DNA of 59,516 nucleotides, filler included, from Sphacelaria rigidula (taxonomy: Eukaryota), in NCBI GenBank assembly GCA_964200075.2. It is 9 parts of 9 records of this genome, joined end to end, with 100 filler letters (N's around TTAATTAATTAA, not from the genome) between each part and the next. Parts side by side here need not be neighbours in the genome. Positions count along the whole stretch, not along the records: positions 1 to 6,525 come from CAXNAA020019551.1; positions 6,626 to 13,150 come from CAXNAA020019552.1; 7 more parts are not named here. The stretch is one strand, 5' to 3'. Positions 1-12,184 of the stretch are shown here, in pieces (the stretch's first letter is position 1; the number at the start of each line of letters is the position of its first letter). Position numbers and translations under genes: made by a program. The notes beneath the pieces were generated by a model. It had not been told where the DNA came from and made no database searches. It worked only from the letters and a program-made list of their open reading frames with translations.

Positions 1-619
1 CCCCCCCCCGCCATACCGTGGGATGAGTCCGTAGCACCACTTTTTTGTTTCAGTATGCCTAGTCTCTAGGTCGTCGTTCGTTCGCTTCCTATCGGAAATT
101 ACGGGGCACTGTTACACTTTTCTTACAGCAATTTCGAATGTTGAGCTGACATGGCATGTTGTAGTAGTGGAACACAATAATTCTCATACTTACAACTGAA
201 AATATGGTGTATTATGAAGAGTTCGAAGAGGAACGGTAAGATATATTTTTAATGGGTTTGGGGATCCGAATCGTTGGGATAAACACCGCTTTTTTCACCG
301 ATCATATTCTCCTCGTTTGGCCCCTGGGGATGCTCAGAAAAAAAAACTGTAGTACCAGCCCAGCGAAAATTGGCGCAAATGCTTGAGAGTGTAGGTACAG
401 TTCAGGGCACGTTTTTCGGAATATAAGTGTACCATTGCGATAAAGCGTAGCGATCACTCCCCCAGCTTCGGGCATGTTTGTGACTATAATTTTCTTTCCT
501 TGCCGGAAAGGGGCGGAGATATTACAGTATACCGGCACTATTTGTTTGTGTCGTTGAAAACGTTTTTTTTTGTGTCTAAAGGTTATTATAAACGATACCT
601 TTTTTCATTTTATTTGTTA

Positions 620-780
620 AACTTTTCCGGAAAATTTCCCGACTTCTCAAGAAAAAAAAAAGCCGGGAAAAAAATTCAACGCTAGATTTTCCGAGAGTAG
701 TACGTTGTCAGTTTCAGGTTGTTCTATTCCTCGACCTGGTTGTGAAACCTGCTGTCACATTCTTCGGCGAGGAAGTTTCC
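620..780 (+). repeat. Dispersed repeat (MITE-like), related to 22510-22700
   Basis: Both loci share the blocks TTTCCGGA...ACGCTAGATTTT(C)CG(G)AGA...GTCAGT...GAAACCTGCT in the same order. Confidence 0.55.
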
Positions 781-899
781 TCCCCCCTCCCCCCCAAAAC
801 AAAATCTGAACAGCCTGAGAAAAAACAGCCCCGTTAATAAAGACCCTTGCTATGCGCCCTCCTTCCTTCGCTGGACAAGTTGCCGTCCTTTCCTTCCCT

Positions 900-1650
900 G
901 AGGTTTGCAGCCTCGATGATGACAATCTCAAACCGGACGAGAGAAAAAGCGAGAGCGAGTGGATACTGTTGGTCTATTTAAGGGATGCACGCATGCTGGT
1001 GGCGGTGGAAAATGCATGGCATCAATCGGCGGGTGGTCCGTGCAACGTTTGTCGGTTCATCCCGTCTCTACTGCGAGACATGCAGGATGAGGAGGAGGAG
1101 GGATTCAACTTGACCCTTTATCCGCCCTCGAAAACAACCTCTTGAAACGACTCTTGACTCTTGACCATTTTGAAGTGGGCGTGAATGATCCGACCCAACA
1201 ACGATCAACGTGCCGCAGCGCGGTCACAGGGTTAACTCGATGTCTTCAGGGCTGGAGAGCTTTGTCGCGAAAATGAATTCTGTTCGAAGGTTGGCCTACG
1301 CCCACTCTATTACCATCACCATGGAATGAATGGACTACGAGTGTGAGAAACTACAACAGGAGCATGATGATGATGCAAATAGTAGCGTGTCCTACACGTA
1401 CCAACATGCTCGTGAGATTAGGAATAAATCCTCGTTTTCGGAACGGGTTCGAAATCGATTTGGGGGCATATGGCCACCGATCAATTTCAGGCAGGCAACT
1501 CTGGGTCGACCAACACTTTGGTCGTGAAGATGTGTTCTTTTTCATTGAAAGCTCGCGAACAGCAGATGGAGCAGAGATTATTTTGCTTCAACGGCGATTG
1601 GGATAAGCGGCGGTGCCAAGCCAAGAGAGAGAGAGACGGTGACTTTGTAT
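900..1650 (+). pseudogene. Possible highly decayed hAT-like transposase remnant
   Basis: Broken-frame peptides LLTLDHFEVGVND..RST and LGINPRFRN loosely resemble the hAT L.PF..AT and LDPRFK blocks, in the expected order. Judged by eye only. Confidence 0.25.
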
Positions 1651-1859
1651 CTCTTCGTATCCTACACTAGAGGCCTCTGTGCGCTGTCATCAGTCAGCGT
1701 TGGGGCGTGGGGCACAGGGGGCAGGCTGCTAGCAGATCATCTTCTGTACAACCAGAACAGCACTGGGCGCCTGGAGGTAGATGTGCCCGAAGTCATCCCT
1801 ACCCCCCTCCTACGTGCACCATGACCTGCAGAGGTCGGGATCTTGATATACAATCGTTT

Positions 1860-1962
1860 GATGCAAAAAGGGCCATCAAGTCAGGATCCCCTGTCCCCTG
1901 CCACTGCTCTGACCATGCATGCAATTATACTGAAACCTACGACTTGGTGTCATTTGGCCACA
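1860..1962 (-). repeat. Partial second copy of a related gypsy LTR end
   Basis: About 100 nt similar to 2500-2597 (AAAGGGCCATCAA..GGATCCCCTGTCCCCT..CATGCATGC..TATACTGAAACCT). It ends GGCCACA where the main LTR ends GGCTACA. Confidence 0.65.
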
Positions 1963-1983
1963 AGTTGTTGTACTGTACCGAGA

Positions 1984-2597
1984 TGTAGAGCGAGCGAACA
2001 TGTTAGGAGCTGCCCGGTGATCCCTCACTTAGACGATCTCATGGAGGAGCACATCCTGTTCTCGGTACGCTCACACCGCACGCCCGTTTAACCCACAGTA
2101 GTAGTAGTACCGTCTTGTACATTTGCAGTGTCCTCTGTATTGCACTCTAGCCGTACTGTACTGTACTGCGTTGTGCTGTTTTGTGCTGTGCTGTACTTGT
2201 ATTGTATTGTACTGATCTTGGGAATTCGTGATCATCAACTAAACCATTAATTATGCACCTTTCTTTAGGTTTGTTTCGGTTCCCGAAATGATAGCTACCA
2301 GCTGACAAATCAAACACGAAAACGATCGTTGAACGCTTGAGCTTATAGCCTCTGCCAGACGATCTGGACAAGAGGGCTTTCAACGAGGGACTCCCCAAGT
2401 ATCGCTGGCCTCGTGCTCGACAAGCCTTTCCTTCTAGCTTGTTAGTATCATGGAGTGATCCTCGACAGATCACGAGCCAGGCAGCAAGGGGTCACACAGA
2501 AAAGGGCCATCAATCAAGGATCCCCTGTCCCCTACCACTGCTCCAATCATGCATGCGGTTATACTGAAACCTTACGGCTTGGTATCATTCGGCTACA
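1984..2597 (-). repeat. Probable 3' LTR of the chromovirus element
   Basis: Termini TGTAG...CTACA form a 5-bp inverted repeat. It lies just downstream of the pol/chromodomain end and a degenerate purine tract. The 5' LTR is beyond the contig end, so the boundaries cannot be confirmed by pairing. Confidence 0.6.
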
Positions 2598-2679
2598 GCA
2601 TCCTCGAGGCGAGTTCAAAACAAACGAACGAGCTTGGCAACAAAAAAAAAACAAGGCGAAATCGCATGCGCCAGATAAA

Positions 2680-4060
2680 AAAGAAAAGCCATACTCCGAC
2701 GCTAATATACTTGTCAGCGCCCGAGTCAACCGCAGTTTACGCAGTTCCTTCAAAACAAACTCAGGCGCAGGAGAATGAACCTTGCAAAGCGACTCCCACG
2801 TACGTTCTTCAGCACCGAATCCACCTCAATCGACCGAAACAATGACATCACCACGGTCATTCTCAGCGACCTGCACCAAAACATTCATCCGATATTCACC
2901 TTGAGCCTACGAATGCTGAAATACATATTTTAGTTCCGCAGTGATGTGCAACTGCGTGTCCGCATAGAAACGCAAACGAGCGACATTGGCCGGGTGTACG
3001 GCGCCAGAAACAATGTTCTGCACCGCATACACCTGAGCGTGATCGACTCCGACCACTCGCCACGGATCTGTCCTTGTGGACATCAACTTGGGCGTCACAC
3101 CTTGCCTACGAACACGCGCAGACAAGAGGAAATCTCCAACTGCAAACTTAGGCAACGCAGCCTGGCCGTGAGCAAGCTTGCCTTTGGTTTCGCGAGACAC
3201 CACGACAGCAGCTTGCACTTCGTTACAAAACCGCACTCGCTCGTCAACCACGCCTCGAACCTTGTCACGCAACGGACCGGCATCCATGACATCGACGTTC
3301 CACTCGCCGCCAGTGACAGAAGCCAGGGCGGAAAACGCTGTACGCGGCGCACGCCCAAACATCACACAATACGGAGTGTTATGGTAACGTTCACGAAGAG
3401 AAGTATTCAACGCCCACTGAGCGGCTGGCAACATATCAACCCATTCAGACACCGGCCGTCCTTGTTCTGACAAAATCGAAAGCATTGCACGAATAACATC
3501 TTTCACCATGCGTTCACAAGCACCATTCGACCAACGGGTATACGCAACAGCAACTTGGTGTTGCACCTTGATCGCGTCGCTCAGCTGCGCGATCACTCGA
3601 TTCTTGAAGTGCATGGCGGTATCACTAATCCACCCCACACACGCGGCACCTCCAAAGTCTTGCACCAATGCATCAAGTGCTTAGCCGTAGCCTCGGCGGT
3701 ACAAGCCTCGGTCGGCTCCAACCAAACGAAATTAGACGAATCATCCACGAAAACCAAAACGTACCGAAACCAATCCTCATTAGACAAACCATTAGCACCT
3801 TCAGGTCCGCTACTTCCGACGTATAGAAAATCAAAGTGAACAACTTCACCTGGCGCTGTACCATGCACAGTATCGCCATACGGACGAGGTACAATCGCAC
3901 CAGCTCGAGTGTCTACACAATGCAAACACTGGCGAACGAACTCGTGAACGTGGGAATCCATGTGAGGTCACACACAATATTGTTTCAAACGAAACAGAGT
4001 CGGCGCCACACCACGGTGACCAGCCGACCGCATGTTAGCGCACACCATCAAGCGAGTTCG
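2680..4060 (-). pseudogene. pol: pol: integrase with C-terminal chromodomain, frameshifted
   Basis: Zinc finger and DDE core in ORFs 3593-3961 and 2907-3668. Reading past the stop gives VSVD*GGFGAEERTWESLCKVHSPAPEFVLKEL (~2740-2850), a chromodomain pattern (W.G+..EE.TWE). Confidence 0.85.
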
Positions 4061-4066
4061 TAGAGC

Positions 4067-5648
4067 CTAATAATCCGACGAAATCCACAAAACATCACTA
4101 ATGTTAACATGCACGCGAAACAAACCATCGTCAGCCAAGGAAGCTTGACCGAAAGTCGTAGGAAAAGAATGAACACCGTCACCGACTGTTTTGCGCTGCG
4201 CGGTACGAATGATATCTAACGAGGGCAGCGAATCATCGGCATCACACGGGCTGTACACGGCAACAGAACGGAGGGGCACGGTAGGAATCTTCACCCAGCG
4301 AGACAATAAATCTCTCCAACAATTGCGCTCTCCAGGAATGTGTTCAATCGCATACCGATATTGGCCGAGCACTCCTTTCCAATTTTCAGGCCGTTGCGCC
4401 ATGGCCTTCGTCACCGATGTCACACTCTTCGGGGTACAAAATGTATTTCAGATTGCGATGATCGGTGAAAATGCGAACACCACCCCAAAGCAAGTACTCT
4501 AGCCTTCGAAATGTATTGACTATCGCGAAATCTTCTTTGTCCACTTTCGCCCACCGCAATTGTGAACCCTTGAAGCTACCAGTCAGAAAAGCCAACGATT
4601 CGTGTGACATGTTTTCGAGCGCAATGCCACTACTAAACTCGGCGACAGGCACTTGCGTTGAAAAATTATCCCAGGGGAAATCCAAAGCATCTGGAAATAT
4701 CAGAACAACGCACCCTGGACGAGGATGATAAAGCGGCACCGCTTGCGCCACCAAATCTTGCGCAGCACGCCATGCCCGCACACGATCCTCCGTCCAAGCG
4801 TCCTCCGGGATGATACGATCACACGCCACCCGCTTGGTCCGACGCCAAGCCCCTACCATGAGTTGCTCCAAAAACACACGAAGCGGCGCCACTACTTCCG
4901 CCATGCGCGGGAGCGAAGTCCGCAACCAATTCACCGCCTGCAGAAAGTGCATCAGCTCATTAGCGGTTTGAGGATGTCGCATATTGCTCAACCCTTGAAT
5001 ACGGATGGGGTCATGCGAAACAATACCCTTGGAGTACATCTTACCACGCTAAACCACTTCGCGGGCAAAAAAGATGCACTTATGCTCAGCGACGAACAGA
5101 CCAACACTCTCCAAGCGGCCAAGAATTTCGTCAGGTAAAGCTATCAATGCTTCTTCGGTTTCAGCAAAATACAAAACACCATCCACTCACACTTTATAGT
5201 TTAGACCTCGCAAAGTGTCAGTCAGCACACCTTTGAATACGCCGTGGCGCTCAACACCCCTTGCGGGACACGAGTAGGCGTAAACACACCGTCAGACGTG
5301 AGGATTGTGAAGATTTCCTGAGCCTCCGGCGCCAGAGGCATGTACCAATACTCCTGGAGCAGATCCAACTTGCCGAAGCATTGGGCTCTCAGCAACTCCC
5401 GCATGTCTTCTTGGCTTGGCATCACCCCCGGAGACTGTTTCATCTGCGCGTTCACCGCCTGGGAGTCGCTGACCAAACGGATTGTGTCCCGCTTCGGCAC
5501 TCGCCCACACAGCCTGAATGTTCCTAACCAACAAACCAAACGCCACCAAAGTTGCGATGCATGAAGCAAGCCACCCGGTCTTCACCGGATCGTAACGACG
5601 AGGCTTGGACTTCACAGCCTTCGCCTGTGGCTTGAGTTGCACCCTCAT
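4067..5648 (-). pseudogene. pol: pol: reverse transcriptase and RNase H, frameshifted
   Basis: ORF pieces 5292-5648, 5222-5569, 4386-5039 and 4067-4423 carry consecutive RT/RH motifs (FLQAVNWLR, FKGSQLRW, IEHIPGERN.W.DLLSR). Confidence 0.9.
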
Positions 5649-5651
5649 TGG

Positions 5652-6416
5652 CTACACGCGCGCTGGCGGGTCACAACGCAGCGCACGACGAAACGTATCC
5701 ACGCGACGAGCCAAAATATCACGCAGACGATACGCGCCATCGGCGCTCAGGCCCTCGTGCTCGACCTGCTGCATGCTATCGTCTAGCGAACGTTCTCTGA
5801 CACCTCTCTTCTCCGCAGGGTCCATGAACATTTCGGGCCCTCGATCGACCAAGTGCTCCACCGCTGCATCCGCAGGGGCCTCCTCCTCATTGGCTCTCTG
5901 GAACGACCGCATGGATACGGTGACACGCCTCGCAGCAAGATAGCTGGGATTTTCCACGCCGTTTTGCACCGGCACAGCACACGGGTGTAACTTATCCAAC
6001 GCCAGCGGATACAAGTTGATCCCGAGCTCCTTCATCGTCGCCATCCCAAACAGAACCTTATCCCTGCCGGGTATGACAGTGAAAGTGATGGGCTGCAACT
6101 CTACAGCCCCCCACGGCGTACGCACGCTAACAGCAGTTGGCACTGTTTTATGAGTAACCGTTACAGGAGTACCCGTGGCGGTCTGCGTCGTTTGCAGTCC
6201 ATTTTCGAACGGAAGCTGCAGCTGAGCGCCGCAAAACTGTGAAGCCACTTGTTCCAGCAACCCCACCCTGATCGACGTGAGCGCGGACCCAGAATCCAGC
6301 ATAAGAATGAATGAACCTGCGGAACCAAGCAAGGCAAGATCTGCGCGTAAACACCCTGCGTTGCGGTCGACAGGCGCAACACCTGCCGAAGAACCTTGGT
6401 CGGTACCAAGAGTCAC
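5652..6416 (-). pseudogene. pol: pol: retropepsin aspartic protease segment
   Basis: FILMLDSGSALTSI followed by VLFGMATMKELGI. Confidence 0.85.
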
Positions 6417-6525
6417 CTAACGCCAGGGCTGCGCTCCAGCACTTGGCATCAAAAATTGAATATCGGCGGACCACCGAGACCACATCGCCGGATATGCAGA
6501 CGGCGCTGTTACAGCCGTCACAGCA

Positions 6526-6625
6526 NNNNNNNNNNNNNNNNNNNNNNNNNNNNNNNNNNNNNNNNNNNNTTAATTAATTAANNNNNNNNNNNNNNNNNNN
6601 NNNNNNNNNNNNNNNNNNNNNNNNN
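6526..6625. other. Artificial contig-joining spacer (N44-TTAATTAATTAA-N44)
   Basis: The same 100-nt spacer, with stop codons in all six frames, recurs at 13151-13250, 19776-19875, 26400-26499, 33024-33123, 39648-39747, 46271-46370 and 52894-52993. Confidence 0.97.
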
Positions 6626-7039
6626 ACAAATTTGGACAATCTTTGAGAAACCAAGAAATTACGGATTCTGCATACTTCTGACGCTGACTACTGTATGCAA
6701 ATTGTGATTTCGATAAACGAAATGTTGGGGTCCTAGATGAAGAGATAATTTTGGGGACAACCATGTGTACGAATGTACTACAGGAGGCATAACAAGAGAA
6801 GCGCCACATACAGCAAGACACTGTATCGGGGGAGGGATGAGATGGAAGGCAGGGATTTCTAAAAAAATAAAGACAAGGGAGGATATTAGGTATCCCTACC
6901 ACCTTCGCTGTGTCGAGTCGGTGTGCATAACGGAAATTTCTCCTCGCTTTCTATGCACTCTCGGAACAGTATCCGGTATCCTACAGACTGAAACATAACC
7001 GAAAGGACACACCGCAACCCCCCGCTGGCTGTCGTCGTC

Positions 7040-7127
7040 GCTTCAGCCGTAGCATTAACAAATCCGACAGCAGCTTCGGCGACATCGATGGCAATAAGGA
7101 ACACATCGATAATAACGACAACGGAGA

Positions 7128-7159
<32 letters not shown>

Positions 7160-7636
7160 GGAGCAGCAGCAATAGCAGCAACAGTAGCAGCAGTGTCGGC
7201 GGCGGCGGCGGCGGCGGCGAAAGTAGCTGTAGCGGCAACAGTTTTAGCAACCGCAACAGCATCAGCAGCAAGAGCAGCAGCAAGAGCAGCAGCAAGAGCA
7301 GCCACAAGAGCAGCCACAAAAGCGGCGGCGGCACAGACAGCGACAGTAGCAGCAGCAGCAGCCGACTCCGTATCATTCACAGGAGCAGCAACAACGGCGG
7401 CGGTGGCGGCGGCACTGACGGCGACACTAGTAGCAGTAGCAGCATCCACCGGGTCCGAATCATCCGCAGGTACAGCAGGAGCAGCAGCGGCGGCGGCACA
7501 GACAGCGACAGTAGTAGCAGCAGCAGCAGCCGGCTCCGTATCATTCACAGGAGCACCAACAACAGCAGCGGCGGCGGCGACGGAAGCAATGCCAGTAGCA
7601 GCAGCGGCGGGAGCAACAACATCAACAGCAACAGCC

Positions 7637-7669
<33 letters not shown>

Positions 7670-7672
7670 CGG
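7040..7672. repeat. (GCA/GCG)n low-complexity tract with an internal ~170-nt duplication
   Basis: Trinucleotide repeats. The block GCACAGACAGCGACAGTAG..CTCCGTATCATTCACAGGAGCA occurs at ~7331 and ~7496. Confidence 0.9.
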
Positions 7673-7865
7673 GGGGGACGGGGGGGGGCGTGAAGAGGAC
7701 CAGGGAAGAAAATAGTGTGAGTGTGATTGGGGCGTTTCCCTTGTCCTGATTTTAGATACACCATTGAGTGTATGTACCGTGCTGCTTCCTTCTTTTACAA
7801 CATCATGATACAGTGGTGTACGTGATACTGAAGGGGTGATGGTACCGTTTTCTCTGGTCCACCAA

Positions 7866-8441
7866 GGGCCGTTATTAGAGATATCTCAATCTCGGCTCCC
7901 GGTTCCCTGATTTGTTGTGTTCCATATTTTTCCAAGTGAAAGTGATTGCGATTCATCAGATGATGACCCTTTGACCGCCAGGTTAGGCCTTCCTTTGAAT
8001 CCTCATCACTTTCACTTGAAAAAGTTGTACAAAACCCAGAGCCGGCGAGTAAACCAGGAAACTGAGAGCCGAGTCTGAGATACCTCTATTAATGGTTGGT
8101 GTGTTTCGCCCCTTTTCACCCATTTCCACCCATTCCATCAGACTCCATGATAAAATCTGAATGAAATGGGTGAAAAGGGACGAAAGGGATGAAAAACATG
8201 AAAAATGAAACCTGTTAGTAGAGGTATCTCAAACTCGGTTCCCGGTTTCGTGGTTTGTTCTGTTCTATTTTTTCAAGTGAAGGTGTCAGCGATTCATGAG
8301 ATGATGAGACCCTCTCACCGCCAGGTCAGGTCTTCCTATGAATCACCATCATTTCCACATAAAAAAATAGAACAAAACTCAGAGCCAGCGAATAAACCAG
8401 GAAACCGAGAACCGAGTTTGAGATACCCATAGTAAGGGCCC
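7866..8441. mobile_element. Composite MITE: two direct copies of a ~230-nt TIR element flanking a ~85-nt hairpin
   Basis: Units ~7866-8096 and ~8211-8441 each begin (T)AGAG(A/G)TATCTCAA.CTCGG and end CCGAGT.TGAGATACC. The middle (8105-8185) has the inverted repeat CCCTTTTCACCCATTTC / GAAATGGGTGAAAAGGG. Confidence 0.8.
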
Positions 8442-11400
8442 TTAGGCGTATTGTTGTCAATTTCCCATCAGCATTCCTGTTCTCTGCACGCATGATGCCC
8501 CGGTCGTTCGATTGCTTCCGTTTTGTTCACCGTGGGTACGTCTATCTGTAAACCACTTGCGGTATGGATCAATCGATTGACCGAGCACTCGAGATGTAGC
8601 GCCCTCTCTATTGTCGCTCGTGTCGTTGAGTGTTCTTTCCTTCGCATCTTGATGCAGGAAGGCAAGTCGGCCTGCCGCGTGGAGAAGACGTGATACAACA
8701 CAATGCAGATGATTGCGGCTAGGCTGTCCCTTGTTGTGGCGATATCTATATATATCTATATGTATATGTATATAAATAGATATTTCGGTTGGATTCTTCA
8801 TACTTGAGGCATTTGACACAATTCGAGGCTCTACAACAGCGGATATAGTCCGATTTTAGAATTACCTCTGCACAAAATTTTAACCGGAAAAATGAAAAAT
8901 CGTGAAGAAGACTGTGTGTGTCGATTTTTTTTGGCTAATATCACGGTGAACACCGTTTTCGTACTGTTTTCAGTTGGATTATTGCCCAAAGACCATCCTC
9001 GAAACACTAAGCTTAGCGAATCGCATAAGTGGGTTAGACTCCTTATGAGGGAGGTGATGCATGGTACCTGCCCACTTTGTCACGCGTGGTGACGACCCTC
9101 CCTATGATGGGACCCACGAATCCCTCCATATTATCGAAAAGGAACAACACTGCGGCGGGTGACTAATTTTTGATCGGAATTGTGCGGTGGAATGCAAAAC
9201 GAAACACGGTGTCGAGTATCCCACAGCTGATGATGAAGAGTAAAATGCACCACCACACGTACACCCCTTCTCCCAACGGAGGGCCTGATACACCGGCTTT
9301 GGTTGCATGTGTGGTGTTTGTTGCGTGTCGCAAGTACCTCCGTACTTTTTGATGCTCGTCCGTTGTCTCTTTCGCTGGTGTGAAAACATGTTGCTAATCT
9401 TACTGGGTTGGTTGTTTCCTTGAGCCCATCTTCTCTCGGTTCCACCACCTTTCGTCTCATGAATCATGTTACTAATCGCTGCCCGGACAAACGCCCAACA
9501 ACCATGATTGCAGGATGATCTACTACTGCCGCCGGCGAAAACGCGGTCCCTTGGAGAACCAACGGCTCCAATCTTCTCGCGTTGTTGGCGCTAGGCCAGC
9601 CTCACGACAACGTGATGGTCTTCATGTGCCGCGAAATTAAAAAAAAAAGTGCACTAGATGTATATAAAACACGTTATCAACGATAGTTTTTTTGTCGTGT
9701 GAGTTTTGTTTGGCCCGAGGTGTTTTTCCTGCCGAAGTCAGTTTTTCTTTCCATGTGCGTCGTTTCGCGCCCTAGCACTCCTGTGTGTTCGTGTTTGTGT
9801 TTGCTTGTATGCTTCTGTGTCTTGTTGAACAGTCAGCAGCGGGGATGAGGGATGGGGGTCGGGGGTGTACACAGGGTTGGTGTGACTCGCTTCATGGATG
9901 ACGATAACATGTCCCCTTTTCCTCAGACTTGTCACGGGCGCGTGCACGGCTCTAATTCGCAGTTTCCCTTCCGCTCTCTACTTTCCACTTCCAGCGTCCA
10001 ATTTTGTGCGGCAGCAGAGGATCAGAATCAAAATACAAGAGTGGACGAAACGGGGAAAAGTGATTTGGGGGTAGAACAAGCGCACACATGGCCGAATGTA
10101 GAGGAAGGTTCGAACCATCGCAGTGCAACACGTCCTTACGTAAAAGAGGGGTGTGATTATTGTGATTTTTCGGTTTGATTTTATCATATTTTTTTCCCAA
10201 TTTTGATTCGTTATTTTCCTTCGGGTCTTTTTTGTTTCTATTTTGTTTCGATTTTCGTTCAGATTTTTTTTCCCCGATTTTGTTTTAGTTCATACTTCGG
10301 AGTATTTTTTTCTTTCGGTTTTACTTTTATATGTTTTTTTCTTGCGGTTTTTTTCTCTCACGTTTCCTTTCAGTTCTACTTTGTTTAGTCTCTTCTCGAC
10401 TTTTTGCTGTTGTTTTCCTCTCTGGTTTTATTTGGTGTTTGTTACGACCTGTGCTATGCTTTGATTTTTCTCTTTCTCCTTCGTTATTTTGGTGATTTTG
10501 TTTCATCGCGTATCCCTTCGGCCTGTATTTCATTTGTTTTCTTCAAAAACAACTTTGGCTTGATTCTAATGTGCTGCTTTGTGTTTGATCTTTTTGCACC
10601 TTGACACTGAAGCTTTGGTTGGCAGTATCGCTGTGGCACTACTTGTAGTGCCTTACAGCTCTCACCACTGTTTATCGCGGGTACGCTGGTACATCTTTTC
10701 GCTCCTTCACCGACTGAAATTCAGGCACCACGCTAGTGATGCGATGGGCATGACAATCGTTTACTTTTTTCGCACTACCATCTCCTGTGCGACTTTCTTT
10801 CCCCCATTGAACACGGGCGGCATTAACCCCCGCTGTATCCAGGGTATGTTGATTTTGGTCTCTAGATTCGTTGTTCGGTGCCATGTTTCCTCCAGTGATG
10901 TGGTATGGGGTGCTACTACTAGTTTGTGCACGGTCCTTGAGGTTCATCACACCAGGAAGTCAACGGAGGCTTTTCGTGTGGCACTCTACTCGGTTTCCAG
11001 GGCTCTCGTACGGAGAGTGCTCTGAGCCTTTTATCAAACCACGGTCTCTTCTACTCTTTCGGGTGCATTCGCAATCTGAGTGGTAGGAGCTTGATGCTAC
11101 CGGTGTTGACGTTTCGTCGGTTCTGCTTGTTAGTGGCGCACAGCATCGTATCGGCGGTTTGGGGGAGGGGTGGAGATACGCTTTTGGATTCGCGCATCAG
11201 TGATCAAAAGTCAGTGGAGGCGAGTGGCCCATGTACTTTGTGCTCCAAGGCCCGTCAAATGGGGGAAGGGTGATGGGGATAGAGATCGCCCACCGCTTGG
11301 TTTGATTCGTTTCTCGTTTTCTATTTTTTTCCGACAGCGGTGTTTGTAGGCACCGTGCTTTGAAGCTATCGTCGGATGGGCAGTCCAGCACTGTGACATT

Positions 11401-12184
11401 GCTGCCCCCTCTTTCTACGTGATTCTCCCGTCCTGTTCGTTCGGTTGTTCGTCCGTTCATTCATTCGTTTTTGTTGTTTGTTTTTCATTTACTTTGACTT
11501 CGCATCCGTCTGATAATATCGTTGCGGTGTCAGTGGTGTACGAAATAATGAGTCTTTGGGAGTCATACGAGCGAGTTGATAGGGGGGGGGGGGGGGTCAT
11601 GGTATGTTGTAAGTCATATCGGATGAAGAGGTTTAGCCGTACGCGGAAAACACCAAAGCCGCGAAGCTCAGGTGGAGTAATGTAGGTGCGGTGAAGATTA
11701 TGTGGAGTATGTGTGTTGAACGAGAGGATAGACTGACGGCATTCAACTTTTTGGCACCAGTCGACTGAACCGGTAAAGGAGGTAATGGGGAAGGACATTA
11801 CGTAGCAGAGGGGCTCCACACTGAAATAGCAGCTACCGTAGTCACCGCGTGTGGTCTACTCACTGTAGGTATCCATGGGTATGACGAATGATGATATCGA
11901 AAGAGATGAAACTAGAGGAAGAAAAACACTCAGCCATGGCCAAGCATGTATGTGAAAAGAAATCAAGGAGTTTGGAAAGTTGTTATTGTTGTTGTCGTTG
12001 TTTCAGGAGTGTAAGAGAATATCCGATGGCGTCCTTAACGCGCCCTCATACGAGTGGTGATGATGTTTTATGAGTTGGTATGATCATCGTGCATGGGTGC
12101 ATGTGGAACCGCGTCAGAATACAAATCTGTAGTAGCGATGCCATTCTCTTGACAAGGCAACTCATGCGGAACAGGTGGGGAGGG

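Larger units (their letters stand above)
1984..6525 (-). mobile_element. Decayed Ty3/gypsy LTR retrotransposon (chromovirus type), 5'-truncated by the contig end
   Basis: Domain order PR-RT-RH-IN-CHR. Protease LMLDSGS (~6290). RT KLDLLQEYW, FTPTRVPQG and decayed active site KV*VDG (~5190). RNase H IFTDHRNL. Integrase CLHC, VHFDFLY, WISD..HF, SNGACER. Many stops and frameshifts. Confidence 0.93.

Noticed and set aside
6570..6581. Regularly spaced TTAATTAATTAA palindromes as a biological motif
   Set aside because: They are embedded in N runs and form an artificial six-frame stop linker.
10620..11090. Second RTE LINE fragment on the minus strand
   Set aside because: Only faint echoes (ALS..RE, MPPVFNGG, EGAKR); too decayed to support.
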